A stretch of DNA of 63,776 nucleotides, the filler included, from Octopus bimaculoides (lineage: Eukaryota): the NCBI RefSeq assembly GCF_001194135.2. It is 4 parts of 3 records of this genome, joined end to end, with 100 filler letters (N's around TTAATTAATTAA, not from the genome) between each part and the next. Parts side by side here need not be neighbours in the genome. Positions count along the whole stretch, not along the records: positions 1 to 27,642 come from NC_068993.1; 3 more parts are not named here. One strand, written 5' to 3'. A program made the translations under genes and the position numbers. Position 1 is the stretch's first letter. Each line of letters starts with the position of its first letter. Below, piece after piece: positions 14,215 through 26,260 of the stretch. The notes beneath the pieces were generated by a model. The model was not told the origin of the DNA and searched no databases. It saw nothing but the letters and a program-made list of their open reading frames with translations.

Positions 14215-15040
14215 GGGTTATTCGTAATGAGTTCACATCACTGTAGTGCAAAATTTGAAATGAATACTTCAATATGTAAAAATTTGAAATAAACATTTAA
14301 GTAAGTTTGATCTGCCAGATTATAACAGAACCTTAACTGAGAGAGTTTACTTAAGAAATACATTTTTGCATAAAACAGAAACTGCTTAAGCATTTATGAA
14401 GCTAATTGAAAATAATTCTTATTGATTTTATTTTATTTTTATTGATCATTGTGAAATACCGCAAAAAATTAGCTGACATTCGCATTAAAATATATGAACT
14501 GCAATATGTCAATAAAATATGCATACGTGTCTCCCTAGAGTTTATGCTGACTTCATAGCGGTGGAGATTGTAGTAGCGCAAAAAGAAACGACGACAGTGA
14601 ATATTTTTCATTTGACAAAAGTTCCTATTCTTGAAAATTTGTATGTGATTTAACGCATGAGAAGATCGAGCCTGGACAATCCCTTCGTAAATTTCATTAT
14701 TAAAAAATAAAGAAAAAATTGTAATAGTCATTTGTTTGTTTATTGCTTCTAGTGACTGCATTAATAGTAGGGAAGCTAATTTCTTTATTGCATGAATCGT
14801 CGCGTTGGTTACTCGTGGTGATGGTGGGAAATTTTGTTGCTTTATTTTTAGAGTGGTGGTGTTCGTTGTTCGTGAAAGCAGTAGTTGTTTGTTTGTTGTA
14901 CATTGTCATGGTAGTGTGGGAAACAACAGCGACAGTGTTCTATATTTCATATTTCTTTTGCTATTTCATTATAATGATTTTGTAGTGAAGATGAATAACT
15001 CATATTTCCTATAGAATTTCTACGGGTCTGGGAACTTCTT

Positions 15041-16610
15041 ATAAGTACCAGTTGAACACTGGGGTAGATGTAATCGTACTTCATATTCTCCCGAACTTGC
15101 TGGCATTGTGCCAACATTTGAAACCAATATATACATTTACAAACCCCAGTTCTAAAAGAAAAGGATGACAGATAATGATGCCTAGATCAAGGGTTTGTAG
15201 CCTTTCTATTTTCGCTCACGAGTCAGAAGCAGAGTCAATAAGTTGATGGTGGACCACATTCATTTATTGACTTATAACTTATAAATGAAGGTAATAATTA
15301 TTTCTAATTTTGGCACAAGATTAGCAATTTTGAGGAGAAGAAGCAAGTCTGCTCCTCAGCCCAGTAATTGGGTGGTACTTTATTTTATCGATTCCGAAAG
15401 AAAGAAGGAAAGGCGAATCTGACCTCGGTGGGATTTGAACTCACAACGTAAAGATTCAGAAGAAATGCCGCAAAGTATTTTGTCGGAGGCGCTAACGATT
15501 TTCCCAGATCACCGCCTAAATTAAGGTTATAATAATGATTTCAAATTTTGTCAAAAGACCAGCAAGTTCGGCGTAAGTCGATTAGATCGACCCCAGTGTT
15601 TAAGTGATACCTATTTCATCGACTCCGAGAAGATGAAAGGCAAAGTCGCCTTTGGTGGAGTTCGAACTCAGAAAGTAAAAACAGGCGAAATGCCACTAAG
15701 CGTTTTATCCGGCGTGCTAATGACTCTGCCAGCTCGCTGCCTTAACTAAGGTAATAATAATGATTTCAAATTTTTGGCACAGGGCCTGCAGTTTTTGAGT
15801 GGAAGGGTAAGTCGATTACATCGATCAAGTGTTCGACAGCTACTTATTTTACCGACCCTAAAAAAGGAAGAACGGCAAAGTTGACCTCTGAAATTGAACT
15901 CAGAGCATAAAGAGTCGAAAGCATTTTCGCCGATGAGCTAACGATTGTGCCATCTCGCCGCCTCCATTAAGGTAATAACAATTCTTTCCATATTTCGTCT
16001 GTCTTTACGTTCTAAGTTCAAATTCCGCCGATGTCGACTTTGCCTTTCATCCTTTCGGGGTCGATAAATTGAGTACTAGTTGCGTACTGGAGTTGATATA
16101 ATCGACTGGCCTCCTTCCCAAAATTTCAGGCCTTGTGCCTAGAGTAGAAAAGAATAATAATTCTTTCCTATATAGGCATAAAGCCTGAAATGTTTTTGGA
16201 AGAGGGATTACATCTCTGGTAATCTCTGGTACTTATTTTGTCGACCCCAAAAGATGAAAGGCAAAGTCGACTTCGGCGGAATTTGAACTCAGTGTAAGAC
16301 AGACGAAATCCTGCTAAATGTTTTGTCCGACGTGCTAACGATTCTACTAGCTCGCTGCCTTAATTAAGATAATAATAATCCTTTCTACTATAGGTAAAAG
16401 GCCTGAAATTTGGGGGAAGGGGACTAGTCGATTACATCGACCCAAGCACTGGACTTGTACTTATTTCATCGACCCCGCAAGGGTGAAAGGCAAACTCGAC
16501 CTCGGCGGAATTTGAACTCAGAGCATAAAGACTGATGAAATACCGCTATACGTTTTGCCCACCGTGCTTACGATTCTGCCAGCTCGCTGCTTTAATTAAA
16601 ACTATAATAA
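15041..16610. mobile_element. Array of SINE family A: five near-full minus copies plus two partial plus copies
   Basis: Minus copies at about 15300-15518, 15535-15744, 15760-15963, 16160-16362 and 16378-16594; plus partials at 15041-15127 and 15990-16158. Confidence 0.9.
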
Positions 16611-17579
16611 TGACATAGAAATATGTTTTAAATTTATTTTATGTTAACATTTATGTCGTAAAAAACATAGCAGTTAGTGTGATACTTGATTTTACTTATT
16701 GCTCGAAAGTTGTTTTTTTTATAAACACCACATGAATAGGTGGATGAAGCCAGGGCGACGTTTTTCAAATAACCATCACTAATTCGTGTTCTTAATTTGC
16801 TTTTCGCATATATTTCATCTTTGGAAATAATTATTAATGTAAAGGTGCTGTCGAATACCAATGCTATTTTTATGAATGATCTGTCAAAGTGGGATGAAAC
16901 AGAAGTTTAACAAGACATTTTTTTTTTAGAGAAGTCTAGTAGAGATACTGGATCTTTCTGATTTGGCGGGTGCCACTTGTTTTCTTAACGAAACACTTTC
17001 AAACTTGGGACACTGGTAGAATGTGTCATATAAAACATCTTTTACTCTTAGTGTTATTGAGAAAATATCTTTTTAAAGTTATTTCGTGTTAAAATTGTCG
17101 TATTTCGGTAATTTCAACCAATCACTGACGTCTATTGGGGTGAAAACAATTACTGCTGTGAATTGTCAACAAAGCGTTGTGCGGTGTAATGGGATTTTTT
17201 CCCTTGAATAAAATTAGTGCCGTTGTTTGTCAACAACAGCTATCGGCGGTACTGTTATTTCTGACATCCTTCGTGCGTTTGTACTGGTTTTNNNNNNNNN
17301 NNNNNNNNNNNNNNNNNNNNNNNNNNNNNNNNNNNNNNNNNNNNNNNNNNNNNNNNNNNNNNNNNNNNNNNNNNNNNNNNNNNNNNNNNNNNNNNNNNNN
17401 NNNNNNNNNNNNNNNNNNNNNNNNNNNNNNNNNNNNNNNNNNNNNNNNNNNNNNNNNNNNNNNNNNNNNNNNNNNNNNNNNNNNNNNNNNNNNNNNNNNN
17501 NNNNNNNNNNNNNNNNNNNNNNNNNNNNNNNNNNNNNNNNNNNNNNNNNNNNNNNNNNNNNNNNNNNNNNNNNNNNNNN

Positions 17580-17612
<33 letters not shown>

Positions 17613-17626
17613 TTGTCCCCCCGCTA

Positions 17627-17660
<34 letters not shown>

Positions 17661-17850
17661 GTACATGTTTGTGTGTCTGTTTGCCCTCGACAACCATCGC
17701 TTGACAACAGATGTTGGTGTGTTTACATCCCCGTAACTTAGCGGTTCGGTAAAAGAGACCGATAGAATAAGTACCAGACTTACAAAGAATAAGTCGTTTT
17801 GTTAGACTAAAGGCGGTGCTCCAGCATGGTCGCAGTCAGATGACTGAAAC
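17580..17850 (+). mobile_element. SINE family B 3' half, following a gap in its microsatellite
   Basis: (TG)n-TTTGTCCCCC..GACAACCATCGCTTGACAAC..GGCGGTGCTCCAGCATGG..ATGACTGAAACA. Confidence 0.85.
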
Positions 17851-18378
17851 AAATAAAAAAAATAAAAGAATATATATATATCCTTAAAGAATTATAAATA
17901 TATGCTCTACAATAAAGTACTGAGTTTAATGTAAGTCTGTTTTTACAACTCGACGTTAAAACAGACGCGCACGTGCGTGCGTGAGTGTCTGTTTCTCTTA
18001 GAGTTTAATCGCAAATAAAAAAGATATGAAAGAGTTAATGTGTCAAGCGAAAATACTTTGCAGTAATACGCTTCTTATCGGCCCCCTCCCCATTGCATCT
18101 TTTTGACTTCAATCATCGTTTCCCAACGACGCCGATAACATAAATAAACACCAAGCAAAGTGTTAAATTCGCTATTGTCGACTTAAAACTATTGACGGTC
18201 GTGCTTGAGTGAAACTAGTAAATGAATAAAAGAAAAAAAAGAAAGAATGCTATTATTATCTTGCAAAAACCAACTCTATTTTGCACTTTATTCATTTATT
18301 GTATTGTAAAAATAAACCCCGAATAAAAAATGAAACAAAGCGCTTGTTTAAATATAGAGCATGTAAGAAACAATGGGG

Positions 18379-18477
<99 letters not shown>

Positions 18478-18854
18478 CATTTATTTATTCATTTGCTCAT
18501 TCATTCAATCGTTTCACTACATTAATTATTGAAATAAATTCTAGTGCACATTTATTTTTTCATTTCCCATTTTTCTATTTTTTCTTATTATTTTCCTTTA
18601 GAGACTCGACCCAGATCAAAATGCAGAATAAAAGTGCATTGTTTCATTTGCAAAATAACAAGAGATTGAAAAATTTCAATGTTCTGTATATTATATTGTA
18701 TGCAAATGATTTGGTAGAATTTTGGTTTTATTTGCAATCGTGTTCTATCGTATTGAAAAGAAGGATACAACTATTGAAACAATCATTGTTTGTCGGTGTC
18801 TGATAAACATGATATGAATAACTGCATTATTTTATTTCGAATATTGATATCACA

Positions 18855-18889
<35 letters not shown>

Positions 18890-19674
18890 TAATAATATTA
18901 ATAGTAATAATAATAATTTGTTTATTTATTTATTATTTTTACTTCTGAATAATTATATANNNNNNNNNNNNNNNNNNNNNNNNNNNNNNNNNNNNNNNNN
19001 NNNNNNNNNNNNNNNNNNNNNNNNNNNNNNNNNNNNNNNNNNNNNNNNNNNNNNNNNNNNNNNNNNNNNNNNNNNNNNNNNNNNNNNNNNNNNNNNNNNN
19101 NNNNNNNNNNNNNNNNNNNNNNNNNNNNNNNNNNNNNNNNNNNNNNNNNNNNNNNNNNNNNNNNNNNNNNNNNNNNNNNNNNNNNNNNNNNNNNNNNNNN
19201 NNNNNNNNNNNNNNNNNNNNNNNNNNNNNNNNNNNNNNNNNNNNNNNNNNNNNNNNNNNNNNNNNNNNNNNNNNNNNNNNNNNNNNNNNNNNNNNNNNNN
19301 NNNNNNNNNNNNNNNNNNNNNNNNNNNNNNNNNNNNNNNNNNNNNNNNNNNNNNNNNNNNNNNNNNNNNNNNNNNNNNNNNNNNNNNNNNNNNNNNNNNN
19401 NNNNNNNNNNNNNNNNNNNNNNNNNNNNNNNNNNNNNNNNNNNNNNNNNNNNNNNNNNNNNNNNNNNNNNNNNNNNNNNNNNNNNNNNNNNNNNNNNNNN
19501 NNNNNNNNNNNNNNNNNNNNNNNNNNNNNNNNNNNNNNNNNNNNNNNNNNNNNNNNNNNNNNNNNNNNNNNNNNNNNNNNNNNNNNNNNNNNNNNNNNNN
19601 NNNNNNNNNNNNNNNNNNNNNNNNNNNNNNNNNNNNNNNNNNNNNNNNNNNNNNNNNNNNNNNNNNNNNNNNNN

Positions 19675-20460
19675 CATACAATCTCTCTATTTTTGATACG
19701 ATATTTTAATTTGTTAAGGCCTTTCTTAATTTTGGTGTCAAGATCATGGGTCTTATTTTTTGTTCGTTTTTGTTTATGCCTTTGGGTGTAATCAGATAAA
19801 GCAGACAGGAGTTTGGACTTAGTAATGGTAAACTTTGCTTCTAAAGCAGCGTCAGCATAGGGTGGCATGCATACTCTTTTGTTGAAGGGTAAGTTGGTAG
19901 GGCAGACCCTTTTCATGTCAAACGACATGTCACGTTTATCATAGAAATAACGTATGGAACGGTTATTGTCAGATATGTCAAGAATGTCAGGATTTTGGTT
20001 GTGGTTAAAGTGTGTTCTCTATCTTAGTTTGGTGAAGCATTTCTCAATGTCTGACAGTACTGATATCTAACTAACCTCATTATATATGACAAACTTCGGA
20101 GGGAGTTCTTGGGCAGCGAGTTCATCTGTATCCAGTTGTACTCCTCCGCATACTCTTACGTTTCTTGTTAGTTGGTCATCATCTACGGGCTTGTCATTCA
20201 TAGAGATCCCATCATTCGATTCAGTCATGTCAAACTGTTTTGTTGTTGGGTGGTTGTATGGTAGTTGTATCGTCCATGTTAGTTTCTCTTCAAAGTGTTG
20301 TACGCACCTGTTCCATACATAGTTTCATTCCCGACGGAGTAGGTCTTTTAATTGTTTCATTTCTTGATTATTAAGTAAGTACTTCACTTTAGCGAGGGCC
20401 TTTCGTTTCTCCTTTTCTTTAGTGGCAATGTGTATATATATAGTTTGGACTTCAGGTTCG
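19675..20460 (-). mobile_element. Penelope-like element ORF, N-terminal remnant (runs into a gap)
   Basis: Minus frames: ELPPKFVIY..; PTNLPFNKRVCMP..IKKGLNKLKYRIKNREIV. The last segment matches the PLE region just before the xDK motif at the start of RT. Stops are present. Confidence 0.65.
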
Positions 20461-20790
20461 TCATTATATATATAATATAGTCAACATCCGACAGAGATGC
20501 CAGACCAATCTATGAATTGAAACCAACATAATTGTTCTGCAGGGATAATTATAATTCACTGGTTAGGTAATTTGAAATAATACATTATCTAAATAGTATT
20601 GTCAACTAAATCTCTATATTTTATATATTGCTCTTTGATCCAACAGCTTTATCCTTGAGGAGATCTAATATGACCAAAACACAACCGATGTTGTCACCAT
20701 AACAACCAATTATCAGTTGTCTCCCTTGTCGCTTTTGAGCATAATTTCTATTAATGCTAATATATTGTCTTCATTATTATAGTTATAATT

Positions 20791-21205
20791 TAAGGCAGCG
20801 AGCTGGCAGAATCGTTAGCACGCTGGGCAAAATACTTAACGGCATTTCGTTCGTCTTTATGTTCTGAGTTCAAATTTCATCGTGGTCGACTTTGCCTTTC
20901 ATCCTTTCGGGGTCGATGATATAAGTACCAGTTGAACACTGGGGTCGATGTAATCAAATTAACCCCTCCCTCGAAATTGCTGGCCTTGTTCCAAAATATG
21001 AGAACACTAGTATGGCTTTAATTATGGCAGCTAGCCATCGGAATCATTAAACCGCCACACATCTTATGTTCTGAGTTAAAATTCTGCTGAAGTCCACTTT
21101 GTCTTCCATCTTTTCGGTGTCGATAAAAATAAATACCAGTTGAGCACTGGGGTCTATATAATCGATAAGCCTCATCCCACAAAGTTTCAAGTCTTCTGCC
21201 TACAG
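20791..21205 (+). mobile_element. Head-to-tail dimer of SINE family A
   Basis: TAAGGCAGCGAGCTGGCAGAATCGTTAG copy (20791-21005) followed by a degenerate copy (21025-21205). Confidence 0.88.
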
Positions 21206-21699
21206 TAGAAGGAATTGTTATGGGCAAAATCTCAATAAAATAACGATATTTGTTCGCTTACCTTCCTTACGCATGATCATCTGTGCTTAACTCTATGAGC
21301 GCGCGCGCGCGCGTTTATTAATGACCACCAGGCTTCTCTTTTGTTGATTCAACTTGCTTGGTAATGGTATGAAATCAAGAATAAATATTTCCTAAATTGA
21401 CAGATTTATCAACCGAGTCTCTTTTCAACTTGACAGCCATGATAGTTTCATCTCACATGCCACACATTCAACAACAATGTCAATGAGAATTTATGGGATA
21501 TATATGTAGAAAGAACCTTCCTACTAAACCAAGATGTTTATTGCAATATAATATTTTGACATACAATTTATAATACTTTCTCCTTCAACATTACCCAACC
21601 TTAAGATATCAGCTTACATAAAATGACAACAATCCATTGAGCAGCAGCAATGCGTAACCTGATTGAAATCGACCGGTCTTTTACATAATTGAAACACTG

Positions 21700-21824
21700 C
21701 ATGGTAAGAAGCTTGCTTCCCAACCATGTGGTTCCTGGTTGAGTCTTATTACATGGCACCTGGGGCAAGTGTCTTCTATTATAGCTTCGGGCCGGCCAAA
21801 GCCTTATGAGTGGATTTGATGGAC

Positions 21825-21830
<6 letters not shown>
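21700..21830 (+). mobile_element. SINE family B 5' half ending in (TA)n
   Basis: TGGTAAGAAGCTTGCTTCCCAACC..GGCACCTGGGGCAAGTGTCTTCTA..CCAAAGCCTTATGAGTGGATTTG. Confidence 0.85.
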
Positions 21831-21874
<44 letters not shown>

Positions 21875-22169
21875 AAAAGAACTAACTAAGTGACCTGAGA
21901 AATTACAATTTAATCGCTTTTGCAGGAAAACCATCATAAGAGTCGCTTATGCGTATATAAACAACTAATTTTAAGCTCATTAAACTGATACAATCAAGAC
22001 CTGTCTACCTAGGCACTCATGGATGAAATATTTGATTAAATATGACTAAATATAGTAACATCTTCATTCCATACAACCAAATTATCAACTCAAGGAATTG
22101 AATGAAGACAATCTGGTATATCTTTACAATTTTCCTTCTCGAACTCATATAGTCATCGTGTTATTAACC

Positions 22170-22483
22170 AGAAATTAGACCACATCTCTTGCCAACACTA
22201 AGACGTTTACTTCGACTTTTGCGAACCGGTAGGTTTGTTTACAGGAACGTGAACAAACCAACAAACTGTGAGATGGCGGTGGGTTGCAAATATAGACAGA
22301 AACATATACATGTATAGGGGTGGCATCCACACAGCTTCCATCGAGAAAATTTAATCGGAAGTTAATAGTTGGCAAGGGGCTATTGTAGAAGATATTCGAT
22401 CAAGGTTTTACGCAATGGAACTGAACTCGAAACCACATTGTTGTAAAGTAAGCATTTTAATTATAGAGCCATGCTTGCGCCTT
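22170..22483 (-). mobile_element. Diverged SINE family B copy
   Basis: The minus strand starts AGGCGCAAGCATGGCTCT.. and contains GTTCAGTTCCATTGCG. Confidence 0.6.
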
Positions 22484-22828
22484 TATTTATAAATGTTTAT
22501 AAAAACCATATTTATAAAAGCAATAGAAATATTTTAATTGTTTTCGCATTAACTTTCCTTTAAATCGATTTTCGTCTGCTTTTGTTAGTAAAGTATCCAG
22601 GAACATTAAAATTCGGTAAATCTAGATATCAGTCACGATTTTTCATGATTTCAATTATTAGAACATTACAATGTAGTTGAGATGTTCATTAATGGCAGGT
22701 ATCAATGTACGCATATGAGTATGTATATATGTATACACATATGTATGTGTATATGCATATGTGTAAGTATGCATGCATATATGTATGAATGTATGTACAT
22801 AGTTATATATATATATATATTACACACA

Positions 22829-22876
<48 letters not shown>

Positions 22877-23210
22877 NNNNNNNNNNNNNNNNNNNNNNNN
22901 NNNNNNNNNNNNNNNNNNNNNNNNNNNNNNNNNNNNNNNNNNNNNNNNNNNNNNNNNNNNNNNATATATATATTGGAAGGTTTGGAAGTAATGTACAGGA
23001 ATTATATATTAGAAAAAATAATAAGGTACTTAGATATCTGGATGGTTGTACATTTACAGATTTTTATTAATATGTCACATGTTTTATAAATAGCGCCTGC
23101 ACTTATTCTTGTAGGTTTTTCAAATATTTTATTTTTTCAAATGTTTTATTTTTTTTCTAATATATAATTCTTGTGCATCACCTCCAAACCTTCCATTATA
23201 TATATATATA

Positions 23211-23733
23211 AATTATAATTTAGGGTATTTAAGAGATACCACCACGCTGGAAATAGCAGTCAAAGCTTGACTCTAAAACCACAATAAATGTTCATATAGC
23301 ACCAGGAGAGAAGACAATCTTACCCTTATTTATTTAAATTTATATATTTATTTCGTCATTATATTTACTGCGGTGATATTCTGACCATATCGCACGATGA
23401 GTTTTTAGGCGGGCAATTTAGACTGGTTGTGTGCATACATGCATATATATGTATGTATACGTTCGTATATGTAAGTATATCGTATGTTGTATATATATAT
23501 ATATATATTTGTATTTATGTGCTTTTCTGAGTATATTCCACTGATGAGGCAAAGCATTTATTATGCAGAGCCAGAAATCCGGGATCTGGAATTATCCAGT
23601 AATTTTTGCTAGTTTATTTTGTCTCTTCGTCTTCTCTCCTGGTGCTATATGAACATTTATTGGGGTTTTAGAGTCAAGCTTTGACTTCTATTTCCAGCGT
23701 GGTTGTATCTCTTAGATACCCTAAATTATAATT
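23211..23733. mobile_element. Penelope-like pLTR-type unit with a 105-bp inverted duplication
   Basis: 23211-23315 is the reverse complement of 23629-23733 (4 mismatches by eye). The plus-strand unit carries a hammerhead motif, and both parts sit next to (TA)n. Confidence 0.6.
23535..23592 (+). ncRNA. Type I hammerhead ribozyme motif (family 2)
   Basis: Stem I ATTCCA/TGGAAT; core CTGATGA (23541-47); stem II GGC..GCAT-TTATT-ATGC..GCC; an extra A, then GAAA; helix III ATCC-G-GGAT; cleavage triplet AUC. Confidence 0.65.
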
Positions 23734-24159
23734 TTAAATAATTATTACCTTTGATGGTTTTTATTCCCACGCTGGCCACTTGATAAAATCGGTATTTAAA
23801 TATCACTTAGCATTAGTTTTCCAAACAATCCCATTTGATAGAAATTAGTTTGTTTATCAACATAATCGTTGTCTGTAATATTCGTTTTCAAATCGGCGTA
23901 TATCTACCTGGCTACAGCACTATCATCCGTAATTGTACACCTACCCACTACAATTCTAACATCATGGATTGTAAATAAAATTTATAATAATGATATTTAG
24001 TTTCTTTCTCCTTCAGTTTCATTTTTTTACCGTTTTGTTAGGAATATTGCATACACAGTAACAGGAAATTTGACGGCAAACTACCAACCATATAAAATAA
24101 AGGTATCCCACGGTACCCCAACACACATTGATAGGAGTTATTCATTGTATGTATGTATG

Positions 24160-24388
24160 TCATTCAGTTTTATTTCAAGATTTCTTACCAATAGAGGAAA
24201 AGCTGGTTTCTAGTCTAGATCCAAGACTACTTCATTGGAATTTCAATAACAGCAACAGGGTATTTTTGTACGTATGTATGGATGTATGTTTTGTTTTATG
24301 TATGTATTTGAACTCAGAACGTAAAGACAGACGAAAAACCGCTAAGCTTTTCGCCCGGCGTGCTAACATTTCTGCCAGCTCGCCATCC
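24160..24388 (-). mobile_element. SINE family A tRNA-like head joined to a different body
   Basis: 24306-24388 matches the family A head (GGCGAGCTGGCAGAAATGTTAG..GAGTTCAAAT); the sequence after the B-box does not match the family A body. Confidence 0.55.
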
Positions 24389-25299
24389 TGATTGTTTTAT
24401 GATATTGTAGTAGATAAAATCTATGGATCTTCCTGCCGAGTGATTAGAGACCAATTTTCGAATTAAAAAAGAATCTCAAGTAAATGTTAACAGGTGCGCA
24501 ATACCTGCAGTGATTCTAACTAGTGTTAGTACCGCAAATGTAATCTGCTACTCTCTTGGGGCTAGATGTTAGTAGTAGATTGTATGATATTTCTTCCTCT
24601 GTAATGGATTATTACTTAATTCAAACTGATCGTTTGCATTGGTCCGTTGCACGCAAAGCTTATAAATTATGTAAACGTATTCTCACCTCACTAATCAAAT
24701 GGACTGTTTCGAATACATACACACACACACATATACAGTTACATATTCATGCAGTACATCTAACGACACAGACACAGATATAATACACGAGCAAGTAATT
24801 TGTTTTTATGTGTAGTGTTGTTAATCGGGATGTGTGAAAATAAAATTAAGTACACACGAATTCGAATGAAACGTAATACAACATCTGTGTGTGCAGTGAG
24901 GGCTGTACAACGAGAAATTATTTGCCTTCTATCCATACGGTTTCTATTTTCAGTTGGCGTCACTTCACTTATGTCATTTGTTAATCCTTTTGGAAGACAT
25001 AGACTCCCTCTTATACAAGCCAGCAATGCAGTTTCACTTCTCGGTTGATGTCATGCCGCTTATTAATCCTTTTCGGAAAGATATGGACACCGATCATCCA
25101 TATTATATTTGTCATAAAATATACTGATTGAGAATCTGGTCAAAACAAAGAAATATTCTGGCTTGAAAGCAGGAAAATTACTGAAATAACCAAATGCCAA
25201 CTTATGTGCTCGAGCCCAACACTACATCTTGATGCACAGACTTAGTCTCTCTCACTTGTGTTGATAATATAACTGCCAGTGAATATATCGGTTTCAAAT

Positions 25300-25497
25300 T
25301 TTGGCACAATGCCTGCAATTTCGGAGGAGGCTGCTAGTCGATTACATTGTCCCCAGTGCTCAACTGGTACTTATTTTATCGACCCCGAAAAGATGAAAGC
25401 AAAATCAACCTCGGCGGAATTTGATCTCATAAGACGGACGAAATGCCGCTTAGCATTTTGCTCAGTGTGCAAGGGATTCTGTCAGCTCGCTGCCTTA
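25300..25497 (-). mobile_element. SINE family A copy
   Basis: Head, body and tail motifs of family A. Confidence 0.88.
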
Positions 25498-25630
25498 CTA
25501 CTAGTAAATATATTGAGCTCTATTCTATCGCCGTCCCAAGTTTAAATTGTACTTAGTCCAAAATAGAAAACAGCATCAATATAATACCTAACTCAGACGC
25601 CATTGTATTTTATTTATACTGTTAATACTG

Positions 25631-26260
25631 TTAATACGCTGTTCTTCGCCTGCTGATAGCCATCCATACACCAATCTTCACTGCATGTAAGGGTGATTCG
25701 ACAAACCCGTGAGGATTGAGAGCACTCCAGATGCGAGTGTTTTGGGAATTTAGGTATCCCGATAGGTGAATCCAAGCCTCGTCACTGAAGAGGGTCATGT
25801 CAAGTTGGTTGTCATCCAGGTTTTCTTGAAACCATTTGCAGTAATCCAATCTTTTGGTAAAATCAGCAGGAATAAGTTCACGTAAAGAAGACACGCGGTA
25901 TGGGTACAATTTCAGCGATTTGTGAAGAGCAGTATGGCAGCTGCCAACAGATAATCCAGTTCCATGAGACAAACGTCGCACAGATTTCCTGGGACTGCGA
26001 AGAATTCGTTGACGGATATCTTCCACAACATCATCAGAAAGGCGGATACGTCGGCGAACGGGTTTCTTCTTTTCAACTGAGCCCGTCTTCCTAAACTTTT
26101 TAATCAGAACATTAATCGCCTGCTCTGTTGGCGGAGGCACATTTGGATATTCGTTCTTAAAATCGGTAACGCAATTGTCAAAAGAAGTAAATCCATCGCC
26201 CATTGATAAAACGTCCTGATCTAAAGTAAGATTCCACAATAAATGAACGTTGCTGCACTG
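25631..26260 (-). mobile_element. Tc1/mariner-superfamily transposase fragment (Tc3/rosa-like), truncated after the first catalytic Asp
   Basis: Uninterrupted 202-aa ORF: LIKKFRKTGSV..RSPRKSVRRLS..LKLYPYRV..RLDYCKWF..LFSDEAWIHLSGYLNSQNTRIW..NPH..ESPLH..KIGVW. Confidence 0.9.

Noticed and set aside
15041-16610. CRISPR-like or tRNA-gene array interpretation of the regularly spaced ~210-bp units
   Set aside because: The units are whole diverged SINEs also dispersed elsewhere; there are no unique spacers, no cas genes and no intact cloverleaf.
16860-17290. Non-coding block with CCAAT next to TGACGTC, possibly a promoter or Kolobok-like end
   Set aside because: No TIR or TSD is visible (it runs into a gap), no gene is nearby, and the short motifs are expected by chance.
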